Counted from the stretch's first letter, positions 1 through 13,159 are shown. The stretch is 64,000 bases of DNA from Lama guanicoe (GCA_013239625.1 MU053184.1:202220-266219); one strand, 5' to 3'. The notes: a model not told the origin generated them from the sequence alone. Numbers and translations: made by a program.

Positions 1-585
1 TGCTGCTTTTAGTTTCTAGGTTTTTTTTCCCCAATTATTAAACTGAATTGCACAAAGAGATATAACTCAACCCAGGCACAAAAATGGAATCAGAGAGTTT
101 AGTCAAACTAGACAGCAAAATCCCCTCCTTTGTGAGCTGGACCCCATCGAAGAACTAGTGATTACGTTTCACACGGAGTTACACTAATTGTTGGCGTGGG
201 TCAGTCAGGCGCACAAAGACCAGGCATAGAAAGACAGAGCTGTGACTTTCTTTTATTTCCGTGCCTTGCTGGATTTTAGAGACCATTTCTCTTCTCAAGT
301 CAGTGGTAGCTCCTAATCCTACCAGAGGAAAATAATACATTTTTCCTCCTCAAGAACAGCATTTTCTTTCCTCGGGTCACTAAGATCCATTTGCTAAATA
401 ACTCTTGAAGTCTAAAAAATTGTCTGTGAGTAGCCAGAAGAGGTGAATTCAACCTTGCAAATAGTTCTCTGAAACCATCACCTGCCTAAAAAGCCTTTTC
501 TCTCTATACAGTGTGTGTCAGTCCTAGCCACACGGGGTAATTTGCCATCTCTAGTCTCCCCTTCCTAACTATCTCTGATCTCTAT

Positions 586-644
586 GTCTCTCTCTCTCTC
601 TATTAAAAAAAAGAAAAAAGAAAAAGAAACAAAAAACAAAAAAC
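586..644. repeat. (CT)n microsatellite followed by A-rich low-complexity tract
   Basis: tctctctctctctc then aaaaaaaagaaaaaagaaaaagaaacaaaaaacaaaaaac. Confidence 0.85.
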
Positions 645-664
645 ATAAGAGAAATGCAGGATTG

Positions 665-915
665 TGGAGAGATTAAGAGTACAGATGTGTAATCCTACAG
701 ACCAGGGTCTGAGTCCTGTATTTTCTCCTTCCTACTTATTTCCCAGCTGTGTGACCATGGGCAAGTTACTTAACCTCTCTGTACCTCAGTTTTCTCACAT
801 ATAAAAAAAAATAATAATAGTTCCTATCTCATTGAGTTGTTGTTAGGATTGAGTGAGCATATAAAGTGCTCAGCAGAGTATCTGCATGATCCCAAGAAAT
901 ATTAGCCATGATTAT
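665..915 (+). mobile_element. MIR SINE
   Basis: MIR core agctgtgtgaccatgggcaagttacttaacctctctgtacctcagttttctca and MIR-like 3' tail. Confidence 0.85.
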
Positions 916-1734
916 ATCAAAAGCATCTTACCACAATAAATCCACTCAGTTTGTGATTTCCTATACCAATTGAATTAAGAAATTGAAAACAATCAGATAT
1001 TTGGATTGACCTAATTTGGGGGCTGATAGTCCCTTTCATTTTGTCACATCAAGGAAAGCAGACATCTCCTCCCCTCCACATAGCCCAGGCTTGTGCACTG
1101 AGTTTGCTACCTTCACGTGTATGGCCACACTCTCCCCGACAAGATCGGATGAAAAGGGAATTGAGGACAAAGCAGGGTTTCGGGTTGATTTATTTTCTTG
1201 TCTACTTGGACACATCGACTTATTTTCTCTCTCTTAATATTTAGGGTCCTGATGATTCCTCTCTCGCTAGAAAGCTCAAGATCTGGGCTCACAAACCCCC
1301 TGGGAGACTGATTACTATAAATCACCGCTGACCTCCTATCCACTTAAACCCAGAGGTCAGAACTTTAAAGACGCTGTAAAGAGTTTACAGTGGTGCATTT
1401 AGGCTTCAGCTTTAACGTAACCTGATAGTGCTGTGTGGGAGAGATAACCGTGGCTAATAGGCCTGCTGGAGCAAGATAGGAGGCCAGCATCCTAAGGCTG
1501 GTGGGAGAGGTAGAGACTTGGGAATGAAGGTCACAGACAAGGATGGCACACTAGCCACTCTGGCCAGTAGGTGGGGCCATAGTCCATGTCCACCAGCCAG
1601 GTGGAGCCCCCTGGATGCTTTGTGCTGTCTTTGATTTTCCTTTTTCCTTTGAAACTTGATGTCTCTTCCCTCTCTCCCTTTTCGTGGCTGCCAAAGTTAT
1701 TTTATGTTGCCATACATTTTCTTCCTTCCCTTTC

Positions 1735-1865
1735 TTCATTCTCTTTCAATTCACTTCACAGATACTTGAGTGCCTACTGTGTGCCAGGCACTGGGACAAG
1801 CAGTGTCAACATAGGATTGATTAAGGCTCACAGGGCCTCTGTGTTTTGGATGCTGACATTTAGAG
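1735..1865 (-). mobile_element. L2 LINE 3' end
   Basis: ttgagtgcctactgtgtgccaggcactggg, the reverse complement of the L2 3' terminus. Confidence 0.7.
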
Positions 1866-1873
1866 ATGTAAGC

Positions 1874-2038
1874 CAGTGCATCTCCGACGTGAATGTGTAT
1901 GAAAATCATCAGAGCATCTTGTGAAAATGCAGATTCTGATTCAGGAAGTCTCGGGAGAACTAGAGATCCTGCATTTCTGATAAGATCCTGGGGGACGCCA
2001 ATGCTGCTAGCCCAAAGCCTTTACTTTTCGTAGCAAGA
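1874..2038 (+). mobile_element. MER5A1-like hAT-Charlie MITE
   Basis: aaaatgcagattctgattcagg...tgcatttctgataag...gatgctgct-like...tagcaag matches recalled MER5A1 consensus. Confidence 0.8.
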
Positions 2039-2239
2039 ATGCAAAGACCTCTGTTCCCCTTCCTTTCCTAAGTGGCTGGCTGATTGTCCTCAATTACGTT
2101 AGTGGAGTTTCACAGTGTCACAGACTTGACCTTTGCTGTGAGGCTGTCAGCTGTGTTCTGTGCCCCTGACTTGGGCTAGCATTCACCCAAACATCCAAGA
2201 AACACAAGGGAGAAACGGCTGGGAGGACATGGTTAGATG

Positions 2240-3010
2240 ACCCCACGGCTTTCCATCCTAGCCAAATCCCACGCCGTGTTGTGAGCGAAGCTGCTGAGAG
2301 TCACCGAATGCACAGGACAGCCTCTGCTCCTGGATGATAACAGCACGTTAAGCACGTCGCATGATATAGCCTTTCCCTGGTAACTGGGGTGCCATTTACT
2401 AATTTGCCGCTCTTACATGACTAATTTAACTCTAGTTACTGCTCGGTCATTAGGGAGTCACTTATTCACAAAGCAGAATCAGGCTAAATAAATAATAGGA
2501 AGCCGGGAAAAGAGGCGGAGGAAAGTAGAAAGTGGAAGTTAGCTTTTAATGCAGGCGAGAGACTTGCTGGTGTTTAATGCAGATCCCCATTTAGAGCGTA
2601 AATGCAGGCTCTTCCTCCGTTTTTAAGTCCCCATGACCCTAAATGAATAGAATCCTGTAGCAGAGAGCAGCTACCTTCTCTTCTAATAAGAATCACATCC
2701 CAATAGAATGTACATTTCCAATTACTATGCAAAAACAATGGCAGAATTACTTAAAAATGTACAGCCCCCTAAGGGCTCTCGATGGCTGCAGTCCATGTGA
2801 ATCTATCATTTGCATGCAGCTATTGTGGGGAACAACTGAATCCTCCATCACAGGCTATTTAATCAAGCGAGAAACCCCTAAATTCCTTTGCAAAGATTGG
2901 CGAGTTCTGGAGCTAAATATGCAATTGGTAATATATTCTGGCTGTCTGCACGCAGCCTTCCTTGTTTCATTCTGAATGGCATGGTGTTTGCGTTGACATT
3001 TAGATGATGG
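2240..3010. promoter_or_regulatory. Candidate enhancer (repeat-free block with POU/SOX-like motifs)
   Basis: No recognisable repeat, retained CpGs, ATTTGCAT at 2808-2815 next to CTATTGT at 2820-2826, ATGCAAAAACAATGG at ~2727-2741; function is inferred. Confidence 0.35.
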
Positions 3011-3440
3011 GTCATCTTGGATTTCTCCTGTTCACAGCTGGAACTTTAGTGGCATCTCCCATTTGTAATAACTGTGCTTTTTTTCCCTAGTGACTGAGCC
3101 ATTTACAAACCAAGAAGAGGAAAAATTATATAGTTGGGTACAGACTATAGAAGAAAAATAAACTAACAGCACAGTAGGAAAGGTGCCTAGGGTTACTTTC
3201 TGTGGATAAGTGAAGATCAGGTGGAAGTAAAGGACTCAAATGATGTGTTTCCCTCACCCTTACTCACCAGCCCTGTTGCCAGACTTGTTATTGGAAAGTT
3301 GGATGAATATAGCAGGCAAAGACAGACTTCAGGATCGAGCAGAGCCACTAATGCAGTAAGATGTGAGGGAAGCAGAAAGATTTCTCTTTACAGTATCTAG
3401 TTTTCTCATCTGTCAAGGTGCTAGCATTCTCCTTTGCTAA

Positions 3441-3527
3441 ATAGGTAGGTAGGTAAGTAGGTAGATTTTTATCTAGCTAGCTAGCTAGCTAGCATTTATC
3501 TATCATCTATCTCTCTATCTATCCATC
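3441..3527. repeat. Compound tetranucleotide microsatellite (GGTA)n/(GCTA)n/(TATC)n
   Basis: Directly visible tandem units. Confidence 0.9.
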
Positions 3528-3684
3528 CCCTTGAAGTTCCTGGTAAGATACAAATGGGTTTTCTGGACGGAGCTCCCATCCTAATGCATTGGTAGTCACA
3601 AACATTTTGGTATCATTTAGTTATGAGCTTCAGGAATCTTTGTCAGGGCCCCGAGGGACTAGTGGGTCTAGAGACCAATGGGAG

Positions 3685-3930
3685 CAGGCCGGAGCAGTGC
3701 TTTCAGAACCATGGAGGCCCCAAGCACCAGAAACATAATGGTCCATTGCCTCTAGTACGCAATGTAAACTAAAGGTAGTTTTATTTTATAAAATTATTGT
3801 AAGAAAGTCAAACTCAAAGTTTTGATTTTTCCGATGATGGCAAATTATTTCCATAGCATTTTATGCCACTGCCCCTGTTTTGTGAGTGTTCTAATCTGTG
3901 CTTGGCCTGCCCAGCTAACTTGGCCAGTTC
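3685..3930. mobile_element. Possible old non-autonomous hAT-Tip100-type element
   Basis: ggaggccccaagcaccagaaacataatggt resembles recalled MamRep/Tip100 MITE sequence; family uncertain. Confidence 0.3.
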
Positions 3931-4454
3931 TGGGAGCCAGAAAGATCTGAAAAGAGCCCAGGCATGGAATGGAGGTGTGGTGGAGGCATGGGAACGGAAG
4001 GAGAGGACAGAGAAGGAGTAAAGTGTTTCTCCATGAAATGTGCTTACTGGGCAATTCTGCTAAGACTAGCCTGTGCGGTTTTCCTTTCAGAGATGAAAAG
4101 AAGCCATCCTCCTTTTCCTTTTTAAGCCTCCACATCATTTTCTATTACTGCCCGTGCCACAGAACATCCTAACTCAGCTCTGAGGCTGACCCAGCAGAGC
4201 CCTTGTCACGCCACTGATGAATTGGGAGCTTCTTTGGGCTGATGTGGCTGGACGTGCACCTCCTTGCACGCTCTGGGAGGTGGAGAAAAATAAAGGCCTG
4301 GGAAGATGTGAACCAGAATGATCACTGTCCACTTTCTCTTCCTGCCACGGAAATGGCAGGGACTGGCTCGCTTCCCTTTCAGTGCGGGGTTTGCTTTAGG
4401 CTTTTGAACAACAAAAAACCCATTTTGTAGATTTAGGATGGGATGGTGAGAATG

Positions 4455-4670
4455 ATTATCGTAATAATTAACACCTGTGAGATGTCATCACCCATACTAG
4501 TCCGTGTGTAACTCCTTACAGTTCTCTGAGATAAGCCTAGTTACCAGTGGCATCATCCCCACGTCACACATTTGGGGTCTGGGACCCAGGGAAGCTAAGC
4601 AACCTGCCTAAGGTGGTACGACTAGAAAATTACATAGACTTGAACTAGAGTCTTCTGACATGTTCCCGCT
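4455..4670 (-). mobile_element. MIR SINE
   Basis: gggacccagggaagctaagcaacctgcctaaggt, MIR core in reverse orientation. Confidence 0.7.
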
Positions 4671-5119
4671 GCACTTCACTTACGGGTCCCACTCATATGT
4701 CTCAAGTTGGAGAAGCACAAGAGCTTCAAAGGCAGACCCGGTGGTCCTCTTTGCGAGGACTCTCAGATGCAGGCATGGACCGTCTGCCGCCTTGGTAGCG
4801 CAAGACACTTAAACCCAGCATAGAGCAACTTGGGAGATTGTGCCCTGGACTTGGGAGAGGAGCCAAAAGGGTAGTGATGGAACTGGAAGGAAGAAGTTAG
4901 TAATGACAAGTGCTTGTAATTTGCTTTACACTATTATATAAAGATAATGGGGGTGGCAGCCTGTTTAGACAAGCCGTTCTGAGAAGTGGCTTATAGTCCA
5001 GAACGATGGCCACACATTTATCCCTAACATCATTAGGCTTGAAGAATCTTCCAGAAGAGAAAGAAACTGCAAATGACAGCTGATCCCCAGAACCTTTCAT
5101 CACAAGCCCAGAGTCCTTA

Positions 5120-5262
5120 AAAATACCTGAATGGTGTTCGGCTACTGTTTCAAGCAGTTTACAAACATTAACTCATTGAATGATTGTAACAGCTCTCTGA
5201 AGGGGGCATTATATTCTTGTTTTCTGATTAGGAGACTGATGCAAAGAGAGGTTAAGATTTCT
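5120..5262 (-). mobile_element. MIR SINE fragment
   Basis: attaactcattgaatgattgtaacagctct...ggagactgatgcaaagagaggttaag. Confidence 0.7.
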
Positions 5263-5364
5263 AGAGATCCTGAGAGTTCTCTTTCTCCTGTCAGAATTCT
5301 CCAGAATTTTGCTTAAAGCTTAGAGGGGCACAAGCCCTGAGGGTGTGTTTCTAACAGTCATTTT

Positions 5365-5585
5365 GTTATTGCTGTTTGCTCTATGGTAGCTCTATGCTGA
5401 ATGCTTTATTCAAAGATCCCCTGAAGTTTATACTATCTCCCTCACCACCCCCCTTTTTAAACAGATTGGAAACAGAGCATAGAGACGCTAAGTAATCTAT
5501 AGAGGGTTACACTCTTAATAAGTGGCTGGGTTCAGACTAGAACCCTGGGCTGTTGATTTCAAAAAGTTATGCTCTTAGCTACAAC
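5365..5585 (-). mobile_element. MIR SINE
   Basis: acagattggaaacagagcatagagacgctaagtaat...gaaccctgggctgttgatttcaaaa. Confidence 0.75.
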
Positions 5586-6199
5586 AATAAGCTGTTTCTC
5601 AATCCCTGGGTGGATTAAGGTTACCAAGCGTTGTTCTATGGATGTGCAAGCATATTCTAGATCCTTAGTGCCAGGAATGGAGTTCAGATGCCTCAGAAGG
5701 GACCAGGGTAATGTCCGGGTTGCATCTCTCATGGTCGGATCCTTGGCAGCTACAGAGGAGGTCAACGGTGACTTTGAGGAGTCAAGGATCATGATTGTCA
5801 GTGAATTTCAATTCAATCCATCAATAATTGTTGGTCACTGGTGATAAACCTTTTTTCTATTACATATTTCAGCTTTATGAAAGAAGGGAGTGTTACGCCT
5901 GCTTTCAGGAAACTCACAATTTTATTACACTGACAAGGTGTTTGCATATTTGATAGTATATATTAATTGCACACGTTAATACAAGCAAGTTTTGATGCCC
6001 TAAAATTTGAGTATTCTCAGTGCCAAAAATGTGTGTGCCAGAGAAGATCCAGAGGTCGCAGGTTCTTTTTTCTCGGCAGAATCTGTCACCTTCCACCTCT
6101 CTCTTCCCCTTTCCCTTCCACCTTCCACCTTCTACCCGAGCCCCTTGTGAGGCACTTATTGGTCTTCAGCATCGAGATCACCAGTCCCTTGATCTCATT

Positions 6200-7555
6200 T
6201 CTGGATCCACTTTCCTTTCCTTCTGGCCAAAATTGGTCATCTACTCCTTCCTTTCATAGAATTCTTTGTTCTGTGTCCTCTCGCTCTACCAGCAATGTTC
6301 ACCATTTCTCCTTGACAACTTCCAACCTGAGGAACCTGTATTGTTTGCCTTCTCATCTCCCAGGTCTGGAGAAAGTTGTAAAAACAATGGGAATGTGGTC
6401 CACTAAACAGCCGGTCTGTATTACCCTGGCAGGCCTCTGGCCCCATAAATTTATTGTCAGCTTCCTGCTGCCTTCTCCACGGTGGCCCAACCAACCATTC
6501 TCCAGGCTTCTCAGACTCCTATGGCTATGCAACTCAAGAGATTTCAATCTACCTCCTTTTAACCAGAGAATCTTTAAGTATTTTCGCTCACCATCTTGGT
6601 CTCACTCCTAAATATGCAGAAGAAACAGCTTCATCTTTGCAGAATTCAAACTCTTTAAAATAAGGAGACTTCGATGGCTAGTATGAAGTGTGTTTTTGGA
6701 GGAGACAGTTCTATTATACATTCCTTCCTTCTCTTTTTTCTGCCCCTTCTGGCTCTGCTCCCTCAGCCTAAAATATGCTTCGGCCTCCCTTTTCTTGAAA
6801 CAAAAATAAACACAACACCCTATACTTCTTTTATCAAGCTGTAGCCAGTCTGCTTTTAAAAAGAAGTCAAAACACATTTCCTTACCAACTTCTAAATCCT
6901 CAGTCGACTGCATTTGGCTTCTGCTCCTGTCATTTCATAGAAACTGCACTGGTGGCTTCCTAATGTTAAAACCTTTAGCCTTGTCTCAGTCCTTATCCTG
7001 CTGGACCACTGATGGGTGTTTCTTCAGAAAACATGCCTCTTGGAGGGCAAGTTCTTCTGAATCAGCCTGGCACTCGGGGTCCAAGCACCACCATACCTTT
7101 CCATCGTCTTCTGCTAACATTTCTTCCCCTCGCCCTATCACCTAACGCAGCTGGAGTCCTCACTGGACCCTAAGTGGATCCAGTACTTGACGACATCTGC
7201 CCCTTTCATCAACTAAACCTTTAATTTGGAATTCACTTCTTCCTATTCTACCTCCATCTGAAAAACTCCTATCCATACTTCAGTGCCCAAGTCAAATGTC
7301 ACCCATTCTAGGTAGCTGTCTATGATTTGCCCCAATGAGCTCTCTTTTTCTTCTTCCACCCTCCCTCCTGTTCAGTGCCCATACCTCTATTGTGGGACTT
7401 GGCACATTCTGCCTTTTAGATATTTTTCTTTCCCTCTGAGATAGTAACTTAGTAACCAGGCTGACAGTTGCTGACTAATTGGTTATCGCTGATTTGTAAA
7501 GCACCTGAAATACAACAGGTGCTGAATAAAATCTCGGTGCATGAATGATTGAGTA
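6200..7555 (+). mobile_element. L2 LINE (decayed ORF2 region to 3' end)
   Basis: L2-like segments ctggagaaa...ggtccacta, ggcttctgctcctgtcatttcatagaaactgca, cagtccttatcctgctggacc; tail aataaa...tgaatgattga. Confidence 0.75.
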
Positions 7556-7719
7556 TTGTCGATGGTCAGAAAAGAAGAAATAAATGCTGGCAGGCACATC
7601 CAGGTCAAGTTTCGTGGAGGAGGTACCCTGAAGTATTATGTAGTCTTTTGGTGTTACAGGGAATATGGGGTACTTTATTCCACTCTGCTCACAGGTACCC
7701 CATAAAACCTACTGTGTCT

Positions 7720-7962
7720 TGAGTGTTTGTGTTTACTGTGCTGCAGATATTGGGCAAGCACTTTTGAGGCATTATTCCACTTATTCTCACAACAATGTAG
7801 GTGAGTACTGATTATCCCTCTTGTGTAGATTAAGACCTCATCTCTAAAATGAGCCTCAGAGGGCTCTGCGTGCCAGAGGTCACACAGCTGGAAATGGGCT
7901 TAGCTGGGACTCATACTCAGGTGGATAGGGACTAACGTCTAACCTCTTAATGACCATACTTC
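7720..7962 (-). mobile_element. MIR SINE
   Basis: attctcacaacaatgtaggtgagtactgattatccc...gaggtcacacagctggaaatggg. Confidence 0.75.
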
Positions 7963-9352
7963 GCTAGTTTTCATAAGGTTTAGATTTTTCAGATTTAAAA
8001 TCGCTCATAAAATCACATTCAGTCTTAATCACTTCAACCCAAAACTTGTGTTCAAATTCCAGTCCCTGACCTTATTCTGTTCCTCTGTGGGCTGTGAAGG
8101 CGTCTGCCATTCTTGCCTCACCCATGGCTTTCTCTGTTATTACTCTGAAAAAGAAGGCTGATGTGTCCATTGAAGTCATATAGAATTTCATATTCTTCAT
8201 GAAAAGCTGTTAATCTCACCTTCAAAGTTCATCCACATTCTCCTTGGTCTCAGTGAAGTCGTGTCGTTGTGTTATTGACCTGGTGCAGGGGTAGCTTTGT
8301 CCCCTTCCTTGGAAGAGATAAATCCACACATAATAGATTATATGCCTTCAGAAATAATTAGCTTACAGAGCACTATAATCGCCAATGTACAAGTTCATTG
8401 ATAGGAGGGAAAAAATTTTGCCTCCCCAAGGTTATGTTATTTCTTGCTGTATTACAGGGTGAAAAGCATTGCCCATTTTGTAACGGCAGTCTAGACTTGA
8501 CTAGATCATAGAACAGAAAGCTCTTGAACAAATAGGGATAGTAGCTGAATTAATACTGTCTGCCATTAAGTAATTACTTACTCATTTCTAAGTGCAAAAT
8601 GACCTGTGTTATCATAGGTTGCACAGTGTATTTGGTGTCTTTATCTTCAGACAGCATCTCCATGGGCGGGTATTAAACCCTGTGCTTTCTCCAGTTAATG
8701 TGGAAACAGGAAAGGGCACTCTTAGGAAATTATTAAGTATAATGAAAATATTGTCTTTCTACCATACTTTAAAGACTGAGCCTATCAGGGGCTCCTCATG
8801 TCCCACTATATTCAAACATGGTGGAGTCATATTCAGGGTTTGTTATATCCCCTCAGCCTTCATTATTAGAAAGTTTCACAGAAAAACAAGTGTGCTTTTA
8901 ATATTTTCTAACCAAGAAAACAATTTGGTGATTTTAATCTAGCAAGCTAATTTCCTAGAATTATTTGCTAGCAGTATTACTCTTTTTCAAATGGATATTG
9001 GGTGAATTCAGGGGAAAATGAGTGAAACATTCTAAGATCCTTGGAGCTCCCTCAGAACACGGCCTTATAAGTGTCCTCATCTGTAGAAGTTAAACTAGCC
9101 ACAGTGCTGATACTAGGCACCAGAACTTTCCAGGAGGAACCCCTTGAGGTGTATCTATCCCACCCTCTCCCTCCCTTGATCAATTACCAGGTGCCTTTTA
9201 AGTAACTACCTGATGTCAGGATTGTGTGAGATGACTTAGACTGGCTGGCGAAGCAGGGCAAGATGGTTCTGGACTCTAACAAATGCACAACTTAGTCCTG
9301 GAGATAAGATGTTAACATAGCTAATGACACGTGTGTTACGAATCTAAGCAAG

Positions 9353-9518
9353 ACATAGTTTTATGGGAACACATCACACTCATTCATTTACTCATTGTCT
9401 CTGGATGCTTTTGCACTGCACCAAGGAACTGAGTAGTTGCAACAGAAACGACATGGCACTCATTGCCTAAAATACTTGCTATCTTATCCTTTATAGAGAA
9501 AAATGTGCCGACCTCTGG
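9353..9518. mobile_element. MER58A hAT-Charlie MITE (partial)
   Basis: gagtagttgcaacagaaac...gcctaaaatacttgctatc...cctttatagagaaaaatgtgccgacctctg. Confidence 0.85.
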
Positions 9519-10709
9519 CCTAGACTTTACTGAGGAAGGCTTTGCAATAAAGCCTAAAAGTAAAGGTAAGAGTACCGATTTCAGCTTGGTTTTACATCAG
9601 GGTGTCAAGAGGACTGGGTTCCCATCCTACTGCCAGCGACTAGATATAAGACTTTGGGCAAATTTGGCTAAGATTGTTTTAGCTTTGAAATCACAAGGAC
9701 GTTTCTAATGTCTACATATGTATTCGGCAGGAACTCATTGAGCATTTTCTACCCCAAAAGAGGAGTCAATACTTGTGACCATCACCATCAAAAAGCCATA
9801 GGACGAGGGGATGAGGCAAAGGCAGAATTTAGGATTTTTTGAAGACTGTGGTAGGTATGTGGGGATTTTCATTTAAAAACAACTTCCAGTGAACTGGTAA
9901 GCTGAGAGTATTTTTTATACAGAAAGTATTTTATACACATCCTAACAACTCACCGGTATTGTGATTAAACAGTATCAATGGAGAAGCCAAACTGAGGAGA
10001 AGTTATCATTGTTCTGATAAAAGCTAAATTACCCCCACTATTTCTTTGAAGAAGGAAATTCCCTCTAATTCTATATTTGCCTCCTCCTTTGATTTGAAGG
10101 TTCTTTTTAAAACCTTTCTAACAGCTGTGCTGTATGACCCTTGGAATACACCATTTATCTGGGGAATAACATTCATTTTAATATCATTTCACCAAGGAAG
10201 CAAGACTTAAACCCACATTTTCTGATCCACTTACTTGATAATATTCTTCAAAAAAAAATTTCTGGCTGGTGAAAGGAAGATAATTTAATTTAAAGAGATT
10301 AGATATATTGCTTGAAATGCAAGTCCCCCAGAATTTGACAGCAGAACAAGACCAGTGAACAGAAAACTCATCTTGCCTCCTTGCTAATACATGCATCAGG
10401 GAATTTATAAGTTGGGCCGTCAGTCTTTGCTCCATGGAGTAATGTCAGTGTCGTTGATTCTTAAAATCTGACATTCATTAAAAGCACCCAGTGTGGATAC
10501 GTAGCAGGATTTTTGACAAATCAGCCAAGTGTCACCATTCTGTAAAGGATTATAGTGATGCTGCTCAGCTTTGAGCTCTTTCTTCTGTCTGAATGGATCT
10601 TGTCTTCATAGAGCACATGAAAGGCTGGGTTTCATTTTCATTCCAAATGGGCTGATTTCGCTTTTTCTTTTTCCATCAAATTAGGGCGAGCTTGGGAGAC
10701 ACAGGGGAA

Positions 10710-10920
10710 AGTTAACATTTATTATTTATTTAGTTATGAGCCAGGTACTGTGTGGGTTCGATCTATCTAGCCAGCTAGCTAAAAACATAAAAATGTTACA
10801 TACATAAGTGTGTGTATCACAGTAACCTATGAGTTAGCGGTTCTAATTCATCCCCATTTAACAGATAAAGAGATTGAGGCTGAAAGAGGCCCAGTCATTT
10901 GCACAAGTAATAGAGCTTCA
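10710..10920 (-). mobile_element. MIR SINE
   Basis: catccccatttaacagataaagagattgaggctgaaagagg. Confidence 0.75.
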
Positions 10921-11944
10921 GTGAAGAGGAAGCTTACAAAGAAAATGGATCAGTGACCAACAAGTGCTGTACAGAATTACCTTGGTCAGGCTCCTCTTCC
11001 TCCTTCTACCTTTGCAGGGGAACTAGAAATCTCCTAGTGCTGGTTGGCTCTTCGAACTCCACCCTCTCCTCAAAGGCTTGTGCAGAAACACCGTAGCAGT
11101 ATTTATTATTTTGAAAACAAGCACACACCTGCCCCTGCCCCCAGTTGTGTTGTTAGATTGGAAACAATGCCGCCTGTGGCTCCCTGTACCCTCCCCTCTC
11201 ATTACAGCCCATCCCTGGAACACAATCATTTTCTGTGTTATCCAAAGGTGTCATTACGGGGTGCCTGCTATATAGTTAGTGTAGTGTCAGCATATTCGCT
11301 TTGAAGACCCCCCACCCCCATCCCCAGAGGATATAACTAGGCCATAAGAATACCTCTGGGGCTACTATACTGGGTAGGGACAGAGTTGTGTGGCTAGGGG
11401 AACTGTTTCCAGTGGCTTATTATCTATAGCTTTAGGTCAAATTTGAATAAATTCTCTCCTCAATTCCAGGAAAACAACAGTGCCACAATTTGTGATGGAA
11501 AAGTAAAGTAGATTTGCATGAAGGCTTTGGGGAAGTTAAAACAAGATAGGCCATGGGATGAAAGTCTGGAATTAAAATGTTTTATTTAAATTGGAAGTTT
11601 TAAAATGAATATTGTCGAGGCAGAAGTGTATGTTCTAGTTAGGTTTTTTTTTTTTTGCCAGAACTTAATCTTCTAGAAAATAGCTTAATGGGAAGTCTGA
11701 GGTTTGCACATAATATTTCAGAGTCCTGAACATTCCATTCAGTAATGTCCACGTTTTCCCTGCAACATCACCTTTGAATAAACTATACCTTTTTTTCCCA
11801 GCTTCAAATATTTTTCCATTGAAAAATAGAAAGGGCTGTCTTCAGAGTATTTCATTAATTGAGATACATAGAGAATGTGTAGATTTTTAAGCATGAGAAA
11901 AACTAGTTTATTGTTAGCTAATGTAAAAACGACTATTTATTAAG

Positions 11945-12138
11945 CCGAGGCTAAGAGCATGGACCATGGAATCAGAATGCCTGAGCAATTTGGATCTCAC
12001 AAACTCCACCATTTATGAGCCATGCAACTTTGGGGAGGTTACTCAGCTGTTTTGTGTGCCTATTTCTTCCTTTGTAAAATCAGGATAATAGCACCTACCC
12101 CATAGGGTTGTTAGGAGGATTCAATGAGTGAATTCATG
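11945..12138 (+). mobile_element. MIR SINE, 5' part (interrupted by LTR; resumes at ~12671-12730)
   Basis: tgtaaaatcaggataatagcacctaccccatagggttgttaggaggattcaatgag then, after the LTR, taaagcatttagaacagtgcagggcaca. Confidence 0.8.
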
Positions 12139-12670
12139 TGTTAGAGAGGATAACCTTTTCCTCTGCCTGTTTATGTTCTGCAACCGGTACCTGTGAATTA
12201 AACTAAAAGACAGATTAGCAGGAGAAAAGGCACACAATTATTACTAATATTTACATGAATAGATTTCCACAAAAAAGAAGTGAAACAAAAAAGCAGTTAG
12301 ACTTGGGGGCTTATAGACCATTTTAACAAAGGTGGGGGTTTGGGCTTTGGGGGAGGATACATCATGGAGAAGTGAAATATACTGGGGAAACATGGGGAGC
12401 TCATGGAAGATAAGGGTTATTTTAATAAGGTCTTTGCATGCAAACTCATCTCTGTGTCAGCTATTCATCTCCAGTGGTAAGAGTCATTTTCCTCTTCCTG
12501 GGAGGGGGCAGGGAAGCACCTTCACAAAGAAAAATTTATGCCCTGATTTTAGGCAGGTATGGGGAGGACAGAGAAGTCTGTGCATCTGCTGATTCTCAGT
12601 TGCCTTCAGCTCAAAATGATCACTATGCCAAAGTGGAATATTTGAGGGTGGCATAGCCTGATCCCCTTCA
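12139..12670 (-). mobile_element. ERV1 solo LTR, MER34-like
   Basis: Minus strand starts TGAAGGGGATCAGGCTATGCCACCCTCAAATATTCCACTTTGGCATAG (MER34-type) and ends ...CTCTCTAACA; flanked by tcatg/ttatg. Confidence 0.85.
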
Positions 12671-12744
12671 TTATGTAAAGCATTTAGAACAGTGCAGGGC
12701 ACAAAGTAAAGGTTATATACGTTTTAATTCTTCCTTTACTAATT

Positions 12745-12935
12745 GTTAAAACTATCTGGTTCTGTTACAAACATCAACTTGAATCCTCACAACACCATGA
12801 AAGGTAAATTAACCTCCATTTCACAGATGAGAAATCCAAGGCTCAGAGAGTTGACTTGACTTCCTCAAGGCCAAACAGATCATACATCACAGAGTCAGGA
12901 CACCAGCTGTGAGAGCTGGCACTTTCAAGTATACA
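12745..12935 (-). mobile_element. MIR SINE
   Basis: aatcctcacaacacc...ccatttcacagatgagaaatccaaggctcagagagttgacttgacttcctcaagg. Confidence 0.85.
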
Positions 12936-13159
12936 GTAGAGACAGGAAGAGGAAACTGTCAGTGAGTCTTACAGTTTTTCCAGGCAGGGTTCGGAGGATT
13001 TTCTGAAGCAGTGCTCACTGCTTCTTTAACTGAGCAGACTTTTAATATCCCCATGTAACAGTCCAGGACTGAGAGGGCAACTCCAATCCCTGGAGAAACA
13101 TCAGTTTAGTACTAAGGAAAGAATAAAATTTGCATAACTACTTTCGGTACAGTCAAGTG

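Noticed and set aside
5967..6611. 214-aa ORF
   Set aside because: Non-ATG start, Ser/Leu/Pro-rich, overlaps decayed L2 sequence; no recognisable protein
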